Origin: a virus
Lineage: Duplodnaviria > Caudoviricetes
Length of the DNA stretch: 53,289 nucleotides
Direction: 5' to 3' (one strand)
IMG/VR virus record: IMGVR_UViG_3300020473_000040
Span: 1 to 53,289 of that record
Of this stretch, positions 1-10,300 are shown piece by piece. Made by a program: the position numbers and the translations under genes. How positions within the stretch are numbered: position 1 is the stretch's first letter; each line of letters starts with the position of its first letter. The notes beneath the pieces were generated by a model, which did not search any database, was not told the origin of the DNA, and saw only the letters and a list, made by a program, of their open reading frames with translations.

Positions 1-2
1 CT

Positions 3-2783
3 CCCGGAGAGTCGCTTGGGCCATTTGACGACAGCCTAATACAAATTAGTGACTCTTCCTTCTATTTAACAGGAACCAGCCGTGAAACTGTTGAAGGATT
101 TTCTTCTCCGCTTAAGAGCAAAACGCAGATTTTCTTTGATATTACACCGTCGGAGACTCTGACGCTGACCAGGGCACCTAATCAAAGATTTAAGCAACTA
201 GACACATCAGCAACAAGCAAGCCCGATAGAACAGGATTTGCTTATTGGAATGCCGGAGATAGAAGGTGGGAGCAGATAGGTCTAAAAGACCCTGCTACAA
301 AGAAAAATACTAAATTTGATTACGCTGTTTACGGTTTAACTTCCTCTGCAGAGACAATTCAAAGTGGTACAAATCTATATCCGCAGCAGTTTGTCCCCTG
401 CCAGCATGCACAATTTACATCGGCTCAAGTATCTTTAACAGGAAGTGATAAGAAGCTCTTTAGAAAGCGATTTTATTCAAAAATTGGCTCTCCAACTATT
501 ACATCTTTCGCACCATTTAAGACTGTCTATCACGCAACAAGCAGCCAGACAATTAGCATGTCTGATTATATTTCACATCCATTTCTTCTTGAGAAGGTCG
601 TTGTCAGCATACAGGGAAGAGCCCAGAGAGTTCACCAAAGAGCTAAAGAAGGTGCAGCGCTTCGTCATCAAGACGACTATATGTTCTTTATATACAGACA
701 GGAGAGAAGAAATGAGAGCGGAAGCTTTCGAGGTGGAGGAATAAAGGCTCCAGGTGGAGGTCAGTCTCTTGTAAACCAGGGAGATACACCGTCTAATAAC
801 TTTATAAAAGACAAGCCTTTCGATGTTTCAGGAAGCCAGCGGTTTCTTGTCTGCAGTGGTGCGATGACTTTTTATAATAGTACATGCTATACAAGTGACG
901 CAACCCCGGTCAAATATGAATACCTTCCCTTAAATACCCCCGCTTTTTCCCACGACTTTAATATTACTAGCACATCTAACTATCAAGTTGGAGCATTCAC
1001 AGGATCAATAAATCTTCAAATTACACCCGCTGTAGCGTCTCAAGGCTTTAAGGGAATGACATATATGTTTGACTCTGTACCTCCTACCACTACAGGTCTA
1101 GACTATATGAGAACTATTCATCATTACTGGCCCGGAGGAACTGCCTTAAAGCCGTTTATGCACGATGGAACTAGAGATTCAAGTGACTATAATAATCTTA
1201 AGCCCTCTCCCTATACAGGAAAGGCAGGAAAAATAGATTGCTCCTATGGTGAGTTTACCTTTAATCAATACCAGGGAACACAAAGTCCCTCAGAGAGAAG
1301 GTTTCCAACTGGATCTGAAGCAGCAAGAAACTTAGATATTCGTGAAAATGACCCAAGAGCCATGAGGCAGTTTGGATCTACACATTTATCACAGACTAGT
1401 TTTGGATCTCTATCTCTCGCAGCCTCGGGAAGTGCCTTACGTGTTGATCGTTCACACTCAACTGTTTCACCATATCTTATCTTTCCTGAAGATGAAATAG
1501 TTCTAGGGTTAGAGGCTGCCATAGCACCAGGCTTAATTCCCTCTATGTCAGGGTCTGGAAATTCCGGTGGAGGCTTTGGTGGGCAGTGCTCCCTTACTGG
1601 ATCCCACCTTGAGCTATTTTCATCAGACGAGCGACAGACAGTTGTTCTATATGGATCTCTTATTTTAGATAAGACTGAATATCACACAACACTAAATCAA
1701 CCCTTATCATCTCCAGCAATTCACGAGATGATATATGAGCCAATTGTCGATCAATGGGATATAGAGACAGAGTCATCCTGTGCTGGGACATATGTTGATA
1801 ATTACATAACTGGAACAATGGTTGCTTCTGACTATCCTCACAACTCTAGAGACAATGAAGTTAGTAAAAATTTAAACTCTGTTGTTAGGGGTGTTGCGGG
1901 AAGTTTCATTATGGGAACAGCTCCAAATAGAGCTGGAGCATTTCAGCGCTCTGTTACGCTATTCGATAATTCAGAGAGATTTTATGACACTCTAATGCCA
2001 AATCTAGATGACTATGGAAAGAGAATTGATGGATTTGAAAAGCTACAGAGAACTGGATCAAATCAGACAATTGTCTTTAGTCCGTCTAATTTTTATATAG
2101 AGTCTGATGGTAATAGAATGCCATTTCCATATGAGGGAAATCCAAGTAGAAGAGTTTCTGATCTTACAAATCTACAGATATTTGGAATTGTTTCAACAAG
2201 TCCCAATGTATACGGATCTGGATATCTTCATGCAAAGACCCGACAAGGTGATATTAGAAGGCTTCTCTTTATGATAGGGTTTGAAGGAGGTACAGTTGAA
2301 ACCTTTAGAACATTCTCTAAGACGGCTGGTGTAACGACTACGACAACAAACACATTTAGTCATGCACACCCGCAGTCTACAGGTGCAATGGGTTTCCGAT
2401 ATGGAATTCAGAATATCTATCCTGAAAGTCCAAGGGCAGTATTTAGAAGAGATAGATACGGTCAGTTTAGAGATATGTTAGAGCAAAGACGAGAAGGGAG
2501 ATTTTTTGAACCGTTTCTTTCAGATAGCTTAGTCATGGGGCTAGAGGGGAAAAATAGAACAAAAGTGTCTGATCCAGCTGTTTTATGCAAATTTACTCTT
2601 TCTAGCTCAAATCAGGAAACAGATCCATACTCTACATCGTGCTCAAATCTCAGCTTTGCAGCAACTTCTTCTCTTCCATATTTTGATGGACAGGTAAGAA
2701 ACAATCTTGTACCTAGCGACTTTAGAACCGTAGCACTTGTAAGTACACCTGATCTTGGGTCTACTATAAAGTTTACGAGGTAG
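3..2783 (+). CDS. Large putative virion structural protein (baseplate/tail-tip region), 5'-truncated by the window edge
   Basis: The frame of ORF 558..2783 stays open back to position 3 (PGESLGPFDDSLIQISDSSFYLTGTS...), so Met558 is internal. S/T/G-rich, with a C-terminal block 'VFRRDRYGQFRDMLEQR...ATSSLPYFDG'. Function inferred from context only. Confidence 0.7.
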   Translation, partial: PGESLGPFDDSLIQISDSSFYLTGTSRETVEGFSSPLKSKTQIFFDITPSETLTLTRAPNQRFKQLDTSATSKPDRTGFAYWNAGDRRWEQIGLKDPATKKNTKFDYAVYGLTSSAETIQSGTNLYPQQFVPCQHAQFTSAQVSLTGSDKKLFRKRFYSKIGSPTITSFAPFKTVYHATSSQTISMSDYISHPFLLEKVVVSIQGRAQRVHQRAKEGAALRHQDDYMFFIYRQERRNESGSFRGGGIKAPGGGQSLVNQGDTPSNNFIKDKPFDVSGSQRFLVCSGAMTFYNSTCYTSDATPVKYEYLPLNTPAFSHDFNITSTSNYQVGAFTGSINLQITPAVASQGFKGMTYMFDSVPPTTTGLDYMRTIHHYWPGGTALKPFMHDGTRDSSDYNNLKPSPYTGKAGKIDCSYGEFTFNQYQGTQSPSERRFPTGSEAARNLDIRENDPRAMRQFGSTHLSQTSFGSLSLAASGSALRVDRSHSTVSPYLIFPEDEIVLGLEAAIAPGLIPSMSGSGNSGGGFGGQCSLTGSHLELFSSDERQTVVLYGSLILDKTEYHTTLNQPLSSPAIHEMIYEPIVDQWDIETESSCAGTYVDNYITGTMVASDYPHNSRDNEVSKNLNSVVRGVAGSFIMGTAPNRAGAFQRSVTLFDNSERFYDTLMPNLDDYGKRIDGFEKLQRTGSNQTIVFSPSNFYIESDGNRMPFPYEGNPSRRVSDLTNLQIFGIVSTSPNVYGSGYLHAKTRQGDIRRLLFMIGFEGGTVETFRTFSKTAGVTTTTTNTFSHAHPQSTGAMGFRYGIQNIYPESPRAVFRRDRYGQFRDMLEQRREGRFFEPFLSDSLVMGLEGKNRTKVSDPAVLCKFTLSSSNQETDPYSTSCSNLSFAATSSLPYFDGQVRNNLVPSDFRTVALVSTPDLGSTIKFTR

Positions 2784-2786
2784 GAT

Positions 2787-3392
2787 ATGTCTCAAATTTT
2801 TCAAACTGAGGCAAGAAGAGCTGAGTCAATTACTATTAGATCGGGTTCAGATGATGGAGATATTGACGTAACAATATTTCCCAATAGGGTTCAAATTGGA
2901 CTAGATGCCGACGATTTTAATAATGTTAATGTAGTCTCCGGGAGTCTTAAAGTAACAGAAAGTATAAATGGAAAAATTCTACACTTTACACATCATAACT
3001 TTACAATAGCATCTACTAGTGTCAACTATGTTCCAATAAACTCCGCAACAGAGTCAACGACAAGAACGGATGAGCAAATAGGCTTTCAAGTGCCCTATGA
3101 CGGACAGCTTAAGAAGGTGATGACCAAAGTAAATGTTGCCTGGGGATCGACACTACTACACCACACGACAATTGCCTTTCACAAAGGACCGGATGGGACT
3201 GAAAGTGTGAGTGCATCTGCTACAGAATCTGAAACTGTAGCCCTTACAACAGCAAACACTACCAAGACAGTATCTTTTTCTAGTTCGACATTTAGCGCAG
3301 GGGATACAGTTGCTGTCTCCATTGACCCTTACGCAAGTACTTCTGGAAAAGTTAGAATGACTTGTGTGTGGGAATATGACACTAATACATAA
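2787..3392 (+). CDS. Hypothetical 201-aa beta-rich protein, possibly virion/fibre-associated
   Basis: Starts 3 nt after the upstream stop, with GAGGT/AGGA just upstream. Thr/Ser/Val-rich with a beta-strand pattern (PYDGQLKKV...FSAGDTVAVSIDP...CVWEY). Confidence 0.6.
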   Translation: MSQIFQTEARRAESITIRSGSDDGDIDVTIFPNRVQIGLDADDFNNVNVVSGSLKVTESINGKILHFTHHNFTIASTSVNYVPINSATESTTRTDEQIGFQVPYDGQLKKVMTKVNVAWGSTLLHHTTIAFHKGPDGTESVSASATESETVALTTANTTKTVSFSSSTFSAGDTVAVSIDPYASTSGKVRMTCVWEYDTNT

Positions 3393-3395
3393 TTA
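3389..3395 (+). promoter_or_regulatory. Putative late-promoter motif ATAnTTA (ATAATTA)
   Basis: 16 nt upstream of GTG 3412, followed by a GAGGA RBS. One of a recurring intergenic set. Confidence 0.5.
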
Positions 3396-3411
3396 ATGAA
3401 GAGGAATCGCG

Positions 3412-4389
3412 GTGGCAGGAATATTAGATAATAAAACTAGAATCATGGATCTGGTGGTGACAGAAGAAGGAAGAAGGCAGATTGTCTCTGGTCGCCTTAA
3501 TATTCAATTTGCCTCATTTACTGATTGTCATACCTTTTATCAGGGTGATGTTTCTAGTGGATCAGATGATGCATCAAATAGGCTATTCTTTGAAGCTGTG
3601 TCGCTGCCAAGGGATCAAATAACCTTTGAGGCTGATGATTCTGGAAACTTGATTTCATTTAACGGGGGAGATTTTGAGGTTGGTTCTGATGGAACAATCT
3701 ATCAAGGCACAGATAACAGGAGGCTTGATCCAATAACCAGTGGCTCTATTTTTTCCAGCCTTGTAGACACTGTGCTTTCCTCATCGATTGATAACTTTGT
3801 AGATCTCCGGTCAATTTCTACAGTTCAGAGTCCCGGGTATGATAATTTTGAAACAGATGTTGACTTTATTGACTTTTCTATCTCAAACTCTTCTCCATTT
3901 TCTAATCCAGATGGTGCCACCATAGACCTTGACAATATCGAACCTCTCTTCATGGATTATAGGCTTAATCATATTACAAACTTTCAATTTCTTCCTCCCA
4001 TAGTTCCTCAAGATAGGTCACCCACGGGCGCTGCATATGAATTTGGAGAATATGTAGACTTAAATCAAAGTCGTGTCTCTACCTGGGAGGAACTTTTTGA
4101 AAAAGTTTGGCCAGGTTATCCCAGCGAAGAGTTCATCCCACAGTACAAGACAGTTAACATTACTGAGGGAAGCAAGTCTAACAACATACTGGCACAATTT
4201 TTTGAATCAGGAGGGTCCGACAGCACCAGCCTAAAGAAGCTTGATGTTATAGATTATGGTGCCTTTTTACTTGATGATGGGGCTGTAAAACATATGTTCT
4301 TTATTGGAAAGATATTTATAGACAGTGTAGGACAGCCTACATTTGTCAATATGTTTTCTATAATTCTTGACAAGGAATCAGATCAGTGA
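3412..4389 (+). CDS. Putative baseplate/virion structural protein (325 aa); N-terminus paralogous to 14062..14769
   Basis: GTG start with GAGGA RBS. Its N-terminus GILDNKTRIMDLVVTEEGRRQIVSG aligns by eye with GYLDHSTNNIILDAVLTDRGRELLSR. Confidence 0.6.
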   Translation: MAGILDNKTRIMDLVVTEEGRRQIVSGRLNIQFASFTDCHTFYQGDVSSGSDDASNRLFFEAVSLPRDQITFEADDSGNLISFNGGDFEVGSDGTIYQGTDNRRLDPITSGSIFSSLVDTVLSSSIDNFVDLRSISTVQSPGYDNFETDVDFIDFSISNSSPFSNPDGATIDLDNIEPLFMDYRLNHITNFQFLPPIVPQDRSPTGAAYEFGEYVDLNQSRVSTWEELFEKVWPGYPSEEFIPQYKTVNITEGSKSNNILAQFFESGGSDSTSLKKLDVIDYGAFLLDDGAVKHMFFIGKIFIDSVGQPTFVNMFSIILDKESDQ

Positions 4390-7328
4390 AAGTAAGCTTA
4401 CCGGTCATTTCTACAATATACAGAGATAGTATTAAGACTGAAATTGTGTCACAATATAAGACATCAACAGGCGATAGAGTCTTTGATTATAAAATATATG
4501 TAGAGTGTTCAACTGTTGATCTTTTAAATAGTGACGTTGTGAGTGTCAAGGCCACCCTTCTTCCAAAAAAATCTGGATCTCCGACAAACGATTTTAAAAA
4601 GATAGCTGGTGGAGATCTCTCACCGATATCAACTGCGATTTCCACAAGGTTTAGCTCCCTTGAAGAAGTGTCCTCTTCAACTGACGGAAGTTTTGAAAAA
4701 TTAGAATCCTTTTTAGGGGGTACATCACTCAGTGAAGAGAAGCTTGTTAACTTTTCTAAAAATAGCGCAATTTCAAAATCTATATTAAAAAGCCATACCC
4801 AGCTTAAGGCTTCAATAAGAGACAACAGGGTTAAAGAGGATCAGTCATCTTTTGGTAGTGATTCTATCTCAGTTGATTCTGCAATTAACTCTGATGCAAA
4901 AAAGGCTCTTTTAAAATCAAAGATGAAGAATGCTATTATGTCTAACAAGGGAAATACGATATCTAAAAGCGCATCATCATCAGATATCTTTTTTGACGGA
5001 GGTGTGAAGTTTACATCAATAAAAAGATCTCTAGTTTCAAGCAATACAACCAAGCCTGAAAGCGATATTCCTATTTTGGATTCCTTTTTAATTCAAAAAT
5101 CTAGCCCGAGCCTAAGAGCTGTAACTAGTATGAGCTCTACTAGCTTTGAAAGAGATTCACAGGGAAATGTTATTCATAGGTCAGGATATTTAAACACTAG
5201 CAGACAGACACAGCAAGATGAACTTATGGGAATACTCGAAAGAAGCGGAAAGGGCATGGGGCCAAAATCTTCACTTGAGTCAGATCCAAAGTCAGCTGCC
5301 TGGACATCAGCACTTCAATTCTCAATACCTCCAAGCCTTCTCGTTAAGATGGAGTTTTCTAAATTTATAAATACTGCTAAGGATAACTATGGGGGATTAT
5401 CAACTAGCTCGAGACAGGAAAAAGATACTGGATCTATTGATGAATATTTAAAAAATGATGACATTAGCCAGATTGCAACATCCCTAAGATCATCGATTAT
5501 GACAATTCCGAGGTCTGTTCCTGAAAAAGTTTCTGACATGTCTCGAAGCGACATTTTAACGACAGCCTATAGCACAACATCTGAAAAATCTTCATTCGAA
5601 TTTCAAATACCAGTCACTCAGTCCACAGTTAGCTCTTCTGGTGAAATTATTCTAATAGTTGAAGCACTCAATACATCAGGAAGAGTGGTTCAGGTTGAAA
5701 CAAAGACTATAAATCACCAGAGAAATCTTGATAGTTTTCTTGTTCCAAGGCTATCTCCAGAAATTTCTGCACTACGATCTCAAGACTCTCTAGTTGATGT
5801 TTCTGTTAAGCAAGTAGACAGCAACTGTAATAAGATTATTATTTTTAAAAAGACTTTAAATCAAAGTGCATTTAGCAAAGGCTCCAGTTTTAAAAAAATA
5901 AGTGATATAGTCATAACATCAAAAGATCCAGATCATACCTTTTCCTTTATGTCAAATCCAGGAGAGCCTCTTATGCTTAGGGCGATTTCTATTTCAAATA
6001 GTGGAGAGCCAGGTAAATTTAGAGATGTGGTCGTTCTGCCATCAAACAGCTCCAGACATGGAGATCTAGAAAGAAACTTTGCATTTGCGACAATATTGAC
6101 GCAAAATACTTCGACTGGAATAATCGTTGAATCAAAAATCACATCAGGAAATTTAGTATCTTACTACTTTGTTAGAAAAAATATATCTGAAGGAGAGAGA
6201 ATATTTACCCCCATCAGCTCTCCATCGTCAAACAAGATGGGAACAAGAAAAAATACTCTTCAGGTAGTTGATACATCCACCAACATTGGTGATACCTATG
6301 AGTACAAGATTAAGTTTATATTTAAAAATGGCTCAGAGTCAATCTCTGAAGCGTATGGAATTGTGAAGAGAGAAATGGTAATTGACTCTATAGGCGTTTC
6401 ATCTCTTCCCCCAACCTATAGTAAAGGTTTCAAAGAAAACAGTTATTCTGTAGTCTTAAATAGCACCATAGATATCCCGCAGTCTGACGCAGATATGACT
6501 AGATCAATATTTGAAAATTTAGATCTGTCAGACCTCTTTGATAGTGAAATATCTTCAATAAAGAATCAATTTGAAAATATTGCTATTTTTCATGTCACAA
6601 GAACAGATGTTTTGACCGGAGAAGAATACGACCTCGGGCTTAAAACACCGGGCGAAATTATAGATTCTGGAGATTCCAAGTCAGGCATCCCAGCTCCTAC
6701 TTCTGGAGAATATGTCTATAAACTTGAGGTATTTGTAAGAACACCGGATAATATTTTAGCTGAAGTTGAGAAGTCCCAGGCTTTTCGAAACTTAAAAATA
6801 TCAAGATCGACTCCCTCAATAGCGTCTAGCAAGTTTTCTGGACAGTTTGGGACATCACTTAATGATATTGAATTCAACTACTCTCAAAAGTTTACCGCTC
6901 CAACAGCCATTAGAGATTCAACACTCTCTTATGGAAATTCAATTGTCTCAAATCATCCAGAAAGCTCCTTTGAAATAGGTAAAACTGGAATAGTTCGGAC
7001 AGTAAAGGTTTCAATACCCACTAAAGACACAAGAGTGGTTTCAAAATCCATTAGACTAAACTCCCTTGGAGACGTTTTAATAAGGTGGTCTGTGAGAGGG
7101 GATTTAAGCAACATTGACCACTTTATAATTGCCGGATCTAGAAGCGGAATGATAATTCCAGTCGGTACGCATCACACCTATTCAAGAGGAAATGACTTTC
7201 TTTTCACAGATACATCTCAAAAGGGTATAGTTGGAATTGTTTCATACTATATTATTCCTGTATTTTCCGATCTTTCTCAGGGAAGTCGGTATTCTGCTGG
7301 AACAATATCAATAACAGGAGAGGTGTAA
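4386..7328 (+). CDS. Large Ser-rich putative virion protein (980 aa) with Ig/FN3-like beta segments in the C-terminal half
   Basis: GTGA overlap with the upstream stop and an AAGGA RBS. FN3-like strings 'VDTSTNIGDTYEYKIKF', 'VLIRWSV' and 'FTDTSQKG...YYIIPVF'. Confidence 0.6.
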   Translation: MKVSLPVISTIYRDSIKTEIVSQYKTSTGDRVFDYKIYVECSTVDLLNSDVVSVKATLLPKKSGSPTNDFKKIAGGDLSPISTAISTRFSSLEEVSSSTDGSFEKLESFLGGTSLSEEKLVNFSKNSAISKSILKSHTQLKASIRDNRVKEDQSSFGSDSISVDSAINSDAKKALLKSKMKNAIMSNKGNTISKSASSSDIFFDGGVKFTSIKRSLVSSNTTKPESDIPILDSFLIQKSSPSLRAVTSMSSTSFERDSQGNVIHRSGYLNTSRQTQQDELMGILERSGKGMGPKSSLESDPKSAAWTSALQFSIPPSLLVKMEFSKFINTAKDNYGGLSTSSRQEKDTGSIDEYLKNDDISQIATSLRSSIMTIPRSVPEKVSDMSRSDILTTAYSTTSEKSSFEFQIPVTQSTVSSSGEIILIVEALNTSGRVVQVETKTINHQRNLDSFLVPRLSPEISALRSQDSLVDVSVKQVDSNCNKIIIFKKTLNQSAFSKGSSFKKISDIVITSKDPDHTFSFMSNPGEPLMLRAISISNSGEPGKFRDVVVLPSNSSRHGDLERNFAFATILTQNTSTGIIVESKITSGNLVSYYFVRKNISEGERIFTPISSPSSNKMGTRKNTLQVVDTSTNIGDTYEYKIKFIFKNGSESISEAYGIVKREMVIDSIGVSSLPPTYSKGFKENSYSVVLNSTIDIPQSDADMTRSIFENLDLSDLFDSEISSIKNQFENIAIFHVTRTDVLTGEEYDLGLKTPGEIIDSGDSKSGIPAPTSGEYVYKLEVFVRTPDNILAEVEKSQAFRNLKISRSTPSIASSKFSGQFGTSLNDIEFNYSQKFTAPTAIRDSTLSYGNSIVSNHPESSFEIGKTGIVRTVKVSIPTKDTRVVSKSIRLNSLGDVLIRWSVRGDLSNIDHFIIAGSRSGMIIPVGTHHTYSRGNDFLFTDTSQKGIVGIVSYYIIPVFSDLSQGSRYSAGTISITGEV

Positions 7329-7329
7329 A

Positions 7330-10300
7330 GTGGCAGATATTGCAGTAATGAGTTCAGGATTTTCGTTTCCGCCTTCTGATGAATTTTTATCAGGCCTTGT
7401 GAGTGTTGCTAGCTCTCCTGTCTTGTCAATTCTTACTACCATTGGAAATCAATCAATTATACAATCTTCTAAGTCTGCTGTGAGCCAGACTGATATTGAA
7501 ATTGATGGAAGCGTTAACTTTGTTGACGCAACAGAGCAAGCATTTACAAACTTAACAAATCCTGCTGCCGTTGTTGGACTTTCAACAAGAGCCCCAGAAA
7601 TCATAGCATCAGTTGACTATGTCCCTCTCTACACTGGTATTACCTCGGATGAATCTGATGACAATCCATCAGGCGGCTGCAATGTCGACGTCTACAACAC
7701 CATCTATCAAAATACACTTCTTGAAAGCCTAACTAGAGAAGCTGCAAGAAATTGTCTTGTAAAGCTGCTAAAGAATGAAGATGGAAAAATTGATACAGCA
7801 ATATCAGAGATGACTGGATTGCAGAATATATCTAGTCACTCTGACTTGCTTAGTTCATTTTCTAAGATTTGTGCCTATAGCTTTTATGTTAGAAATTGCC
7901 TGGAGTGGGATGCTCCTTCGCTTGCCTCGAGCATGTCTGAGATGTTTAATATATTTAGTTCAATTAGAGATCTAATGGGGCTAGACACCTTACAAGAGAT
8001 AATTATGCCAAGAGGCGAAGGATGGCACTATCCAACAACATTTCAAAACTTTCAGGGATTTGACCCTACAAGAGTCTTCGATATAGATTCGTTTGTTGAA
8101 CTGGGAACTGGCGAGCTTGCATATACAGAAGATGAGTACAATAACTCTTCTTCAACAAAAATTATAGCACAAATAGTTCAAGATCTTAGAAATTCAATAT
8201 TGTATGGAAGCGCCATTAGAAATCTGGATCAAGATAGGGACACTAGTAGCACTGGATTTTCTCCATATACAGTTTTTGATGAAAGCGAATCTGGAAAATT
8301 TAGTAGTGTTATATCTGGCTTAAATAGCCTAAATGCAAGTCAATCTCAAGTTACACTTGGAACAAGTACATCTTTAGAGGGTACCGACCTTGGAGCGGGT
8401 GACACTGAAGTTACTATCTCTACGCTAGATTCATCTGACTTTAACTTATTTCTTGAATCACTTTCTGGTATATCCTTTGTTGAAAGAATGACCATAATTT
8501 GTCAAATCATATCAAGAGATATTAGCATGTCCTTTATGAAAAGGACATCATGGGTCTTGTCCAGGGTTGAGAAAATTACAGGTCAAAGTCCTGGAGAAAA
8601 CCCCTCTGTAGAGTCTATTGTTGATAATATAATTGGAAATATTGGGGGATCTTTATTTACAAGTAGCCCAGCATCAGAATCTATTGCATCTCTTTTAAAT
8701 CCAGCTTTTGGGGACGATAGGATTCTTACTTTTGAAAGATTTTCAATTGACAGCTCATTTGGCAGCGGAATTTCAGGATTTGACTCATTTGCAGGTGATA
8801 TTGTTCATCAAATACAGGCCTTCATAGAGGCTGGAAATGTTTACGGTTCTTGGTCCTCCAGTAGCGTGCAGGCAACATATGACCTGGTCCAGGAGTTTAG
8901 TTTCACCAAGTTTGCCACTGACTGGTATAACAAGACGTATGAGGCTGCTGCTGTTATACCAGTTTTAATTGGCGGAGCCTCATCATCAAATAATTTCTTT
9001 AGATCTACTTGTTTTGTACTGACAGAATATCTAAGTGACAATGGGTTTATTGACCAGAGTGAAACTTTTGAGAATTTTATTCATCAATATTCAAATTCCG
9101 AGGAAGATCAAGAGCAGGCAGATGAATATGAGTACATAAGGCTTGGAATTTTTGATTTAGCATCTACTGACAGCGAAGTCGCCTATCTTCTTATTAAGTA
9201 TCTTGATTTACGATTTGCTGTTATAAGACGAATCGGTCAGGATCCGTTTCTTTATTCCCCGAGTGCAACAGGAATTGAGAACGTCTTTGAAAGTGACATA
9301 TTAAGCGAAGAATACTCTGCATTTTATGCTGTCGCAGAGGAGCTTGCGTCAAAGGTAATAAATCTTAGCTACAGCTCAGGTGGATCATTCGATTCGTCCG
9401 AGTCATCATCAACTCATACCCGATACTCATCTGAATATACAATGACAGACATATCTGTTTCTAATCGTGGTGCAGAGGGTGATACTGACTTTTCTTTCTT
9501 CTTTGGAAACATACTGGGTGCTGATCAATTTGATATAATGAAAACACCCATTGGGCAGTCGCTTACCACACTTGCACTGGATACAGATGGTAAGTCTCCG
9601 TCAATATTTGATATTCCAAAAAGAACATTAGAGCTTTTTTATCATGATTTTCTTAATTATGATATTGCTGATGAGGGCGGAGAAGTCTCTCTTACATCAG
9701 ATGATATTTCCAGGCTTAATTCTGCACAAGCTTCTTTTATCACAGAGGGTGTCATATCTCAGTCACCCACTCAAGGCTTGGGGGCACAGGCTACATTCTT
9801 GTCAGAGGGGGATGAGGCATCAATTGTAACTGACTTTAGAGGGTACGACGATCAATTAAGAAGAAGGGCAATAGCCTATATCTTAATTGATATTATTGGT
9901 TCCATGGGAATTGTTAATCCTGCTGAGGGGACGCAAGCTTCCTCAGGTCTCAGCATATTTGTCAGCGGCGATATCACAGATGTTTCAGTCGAATCTGTTG
10001 AAATGAATGACCCAACTTTATTCCAGGGAACCCTAAGTGCTACGGCAAGAGGAACTTCAGCTACTAGCACTTTTACAAAAACTCTAGCTGCCTCTATCTC
10101 TGTCACTACATCGTGCGACTTAAGCCTAAATATTGCTAGAGCCACCCAGCTAGCAATAGCATGTAAGAAGTACTCTCTTGAAGGGACTACATATCAAGAC
10201 GAAGACTATAGCGAAAACCTAGAGGCTGTCGACACCTCAATTTCAAGCGTCTTTGGGGGTGATTATGATCTATCAATAGAGGACGATATTAAGAATATTA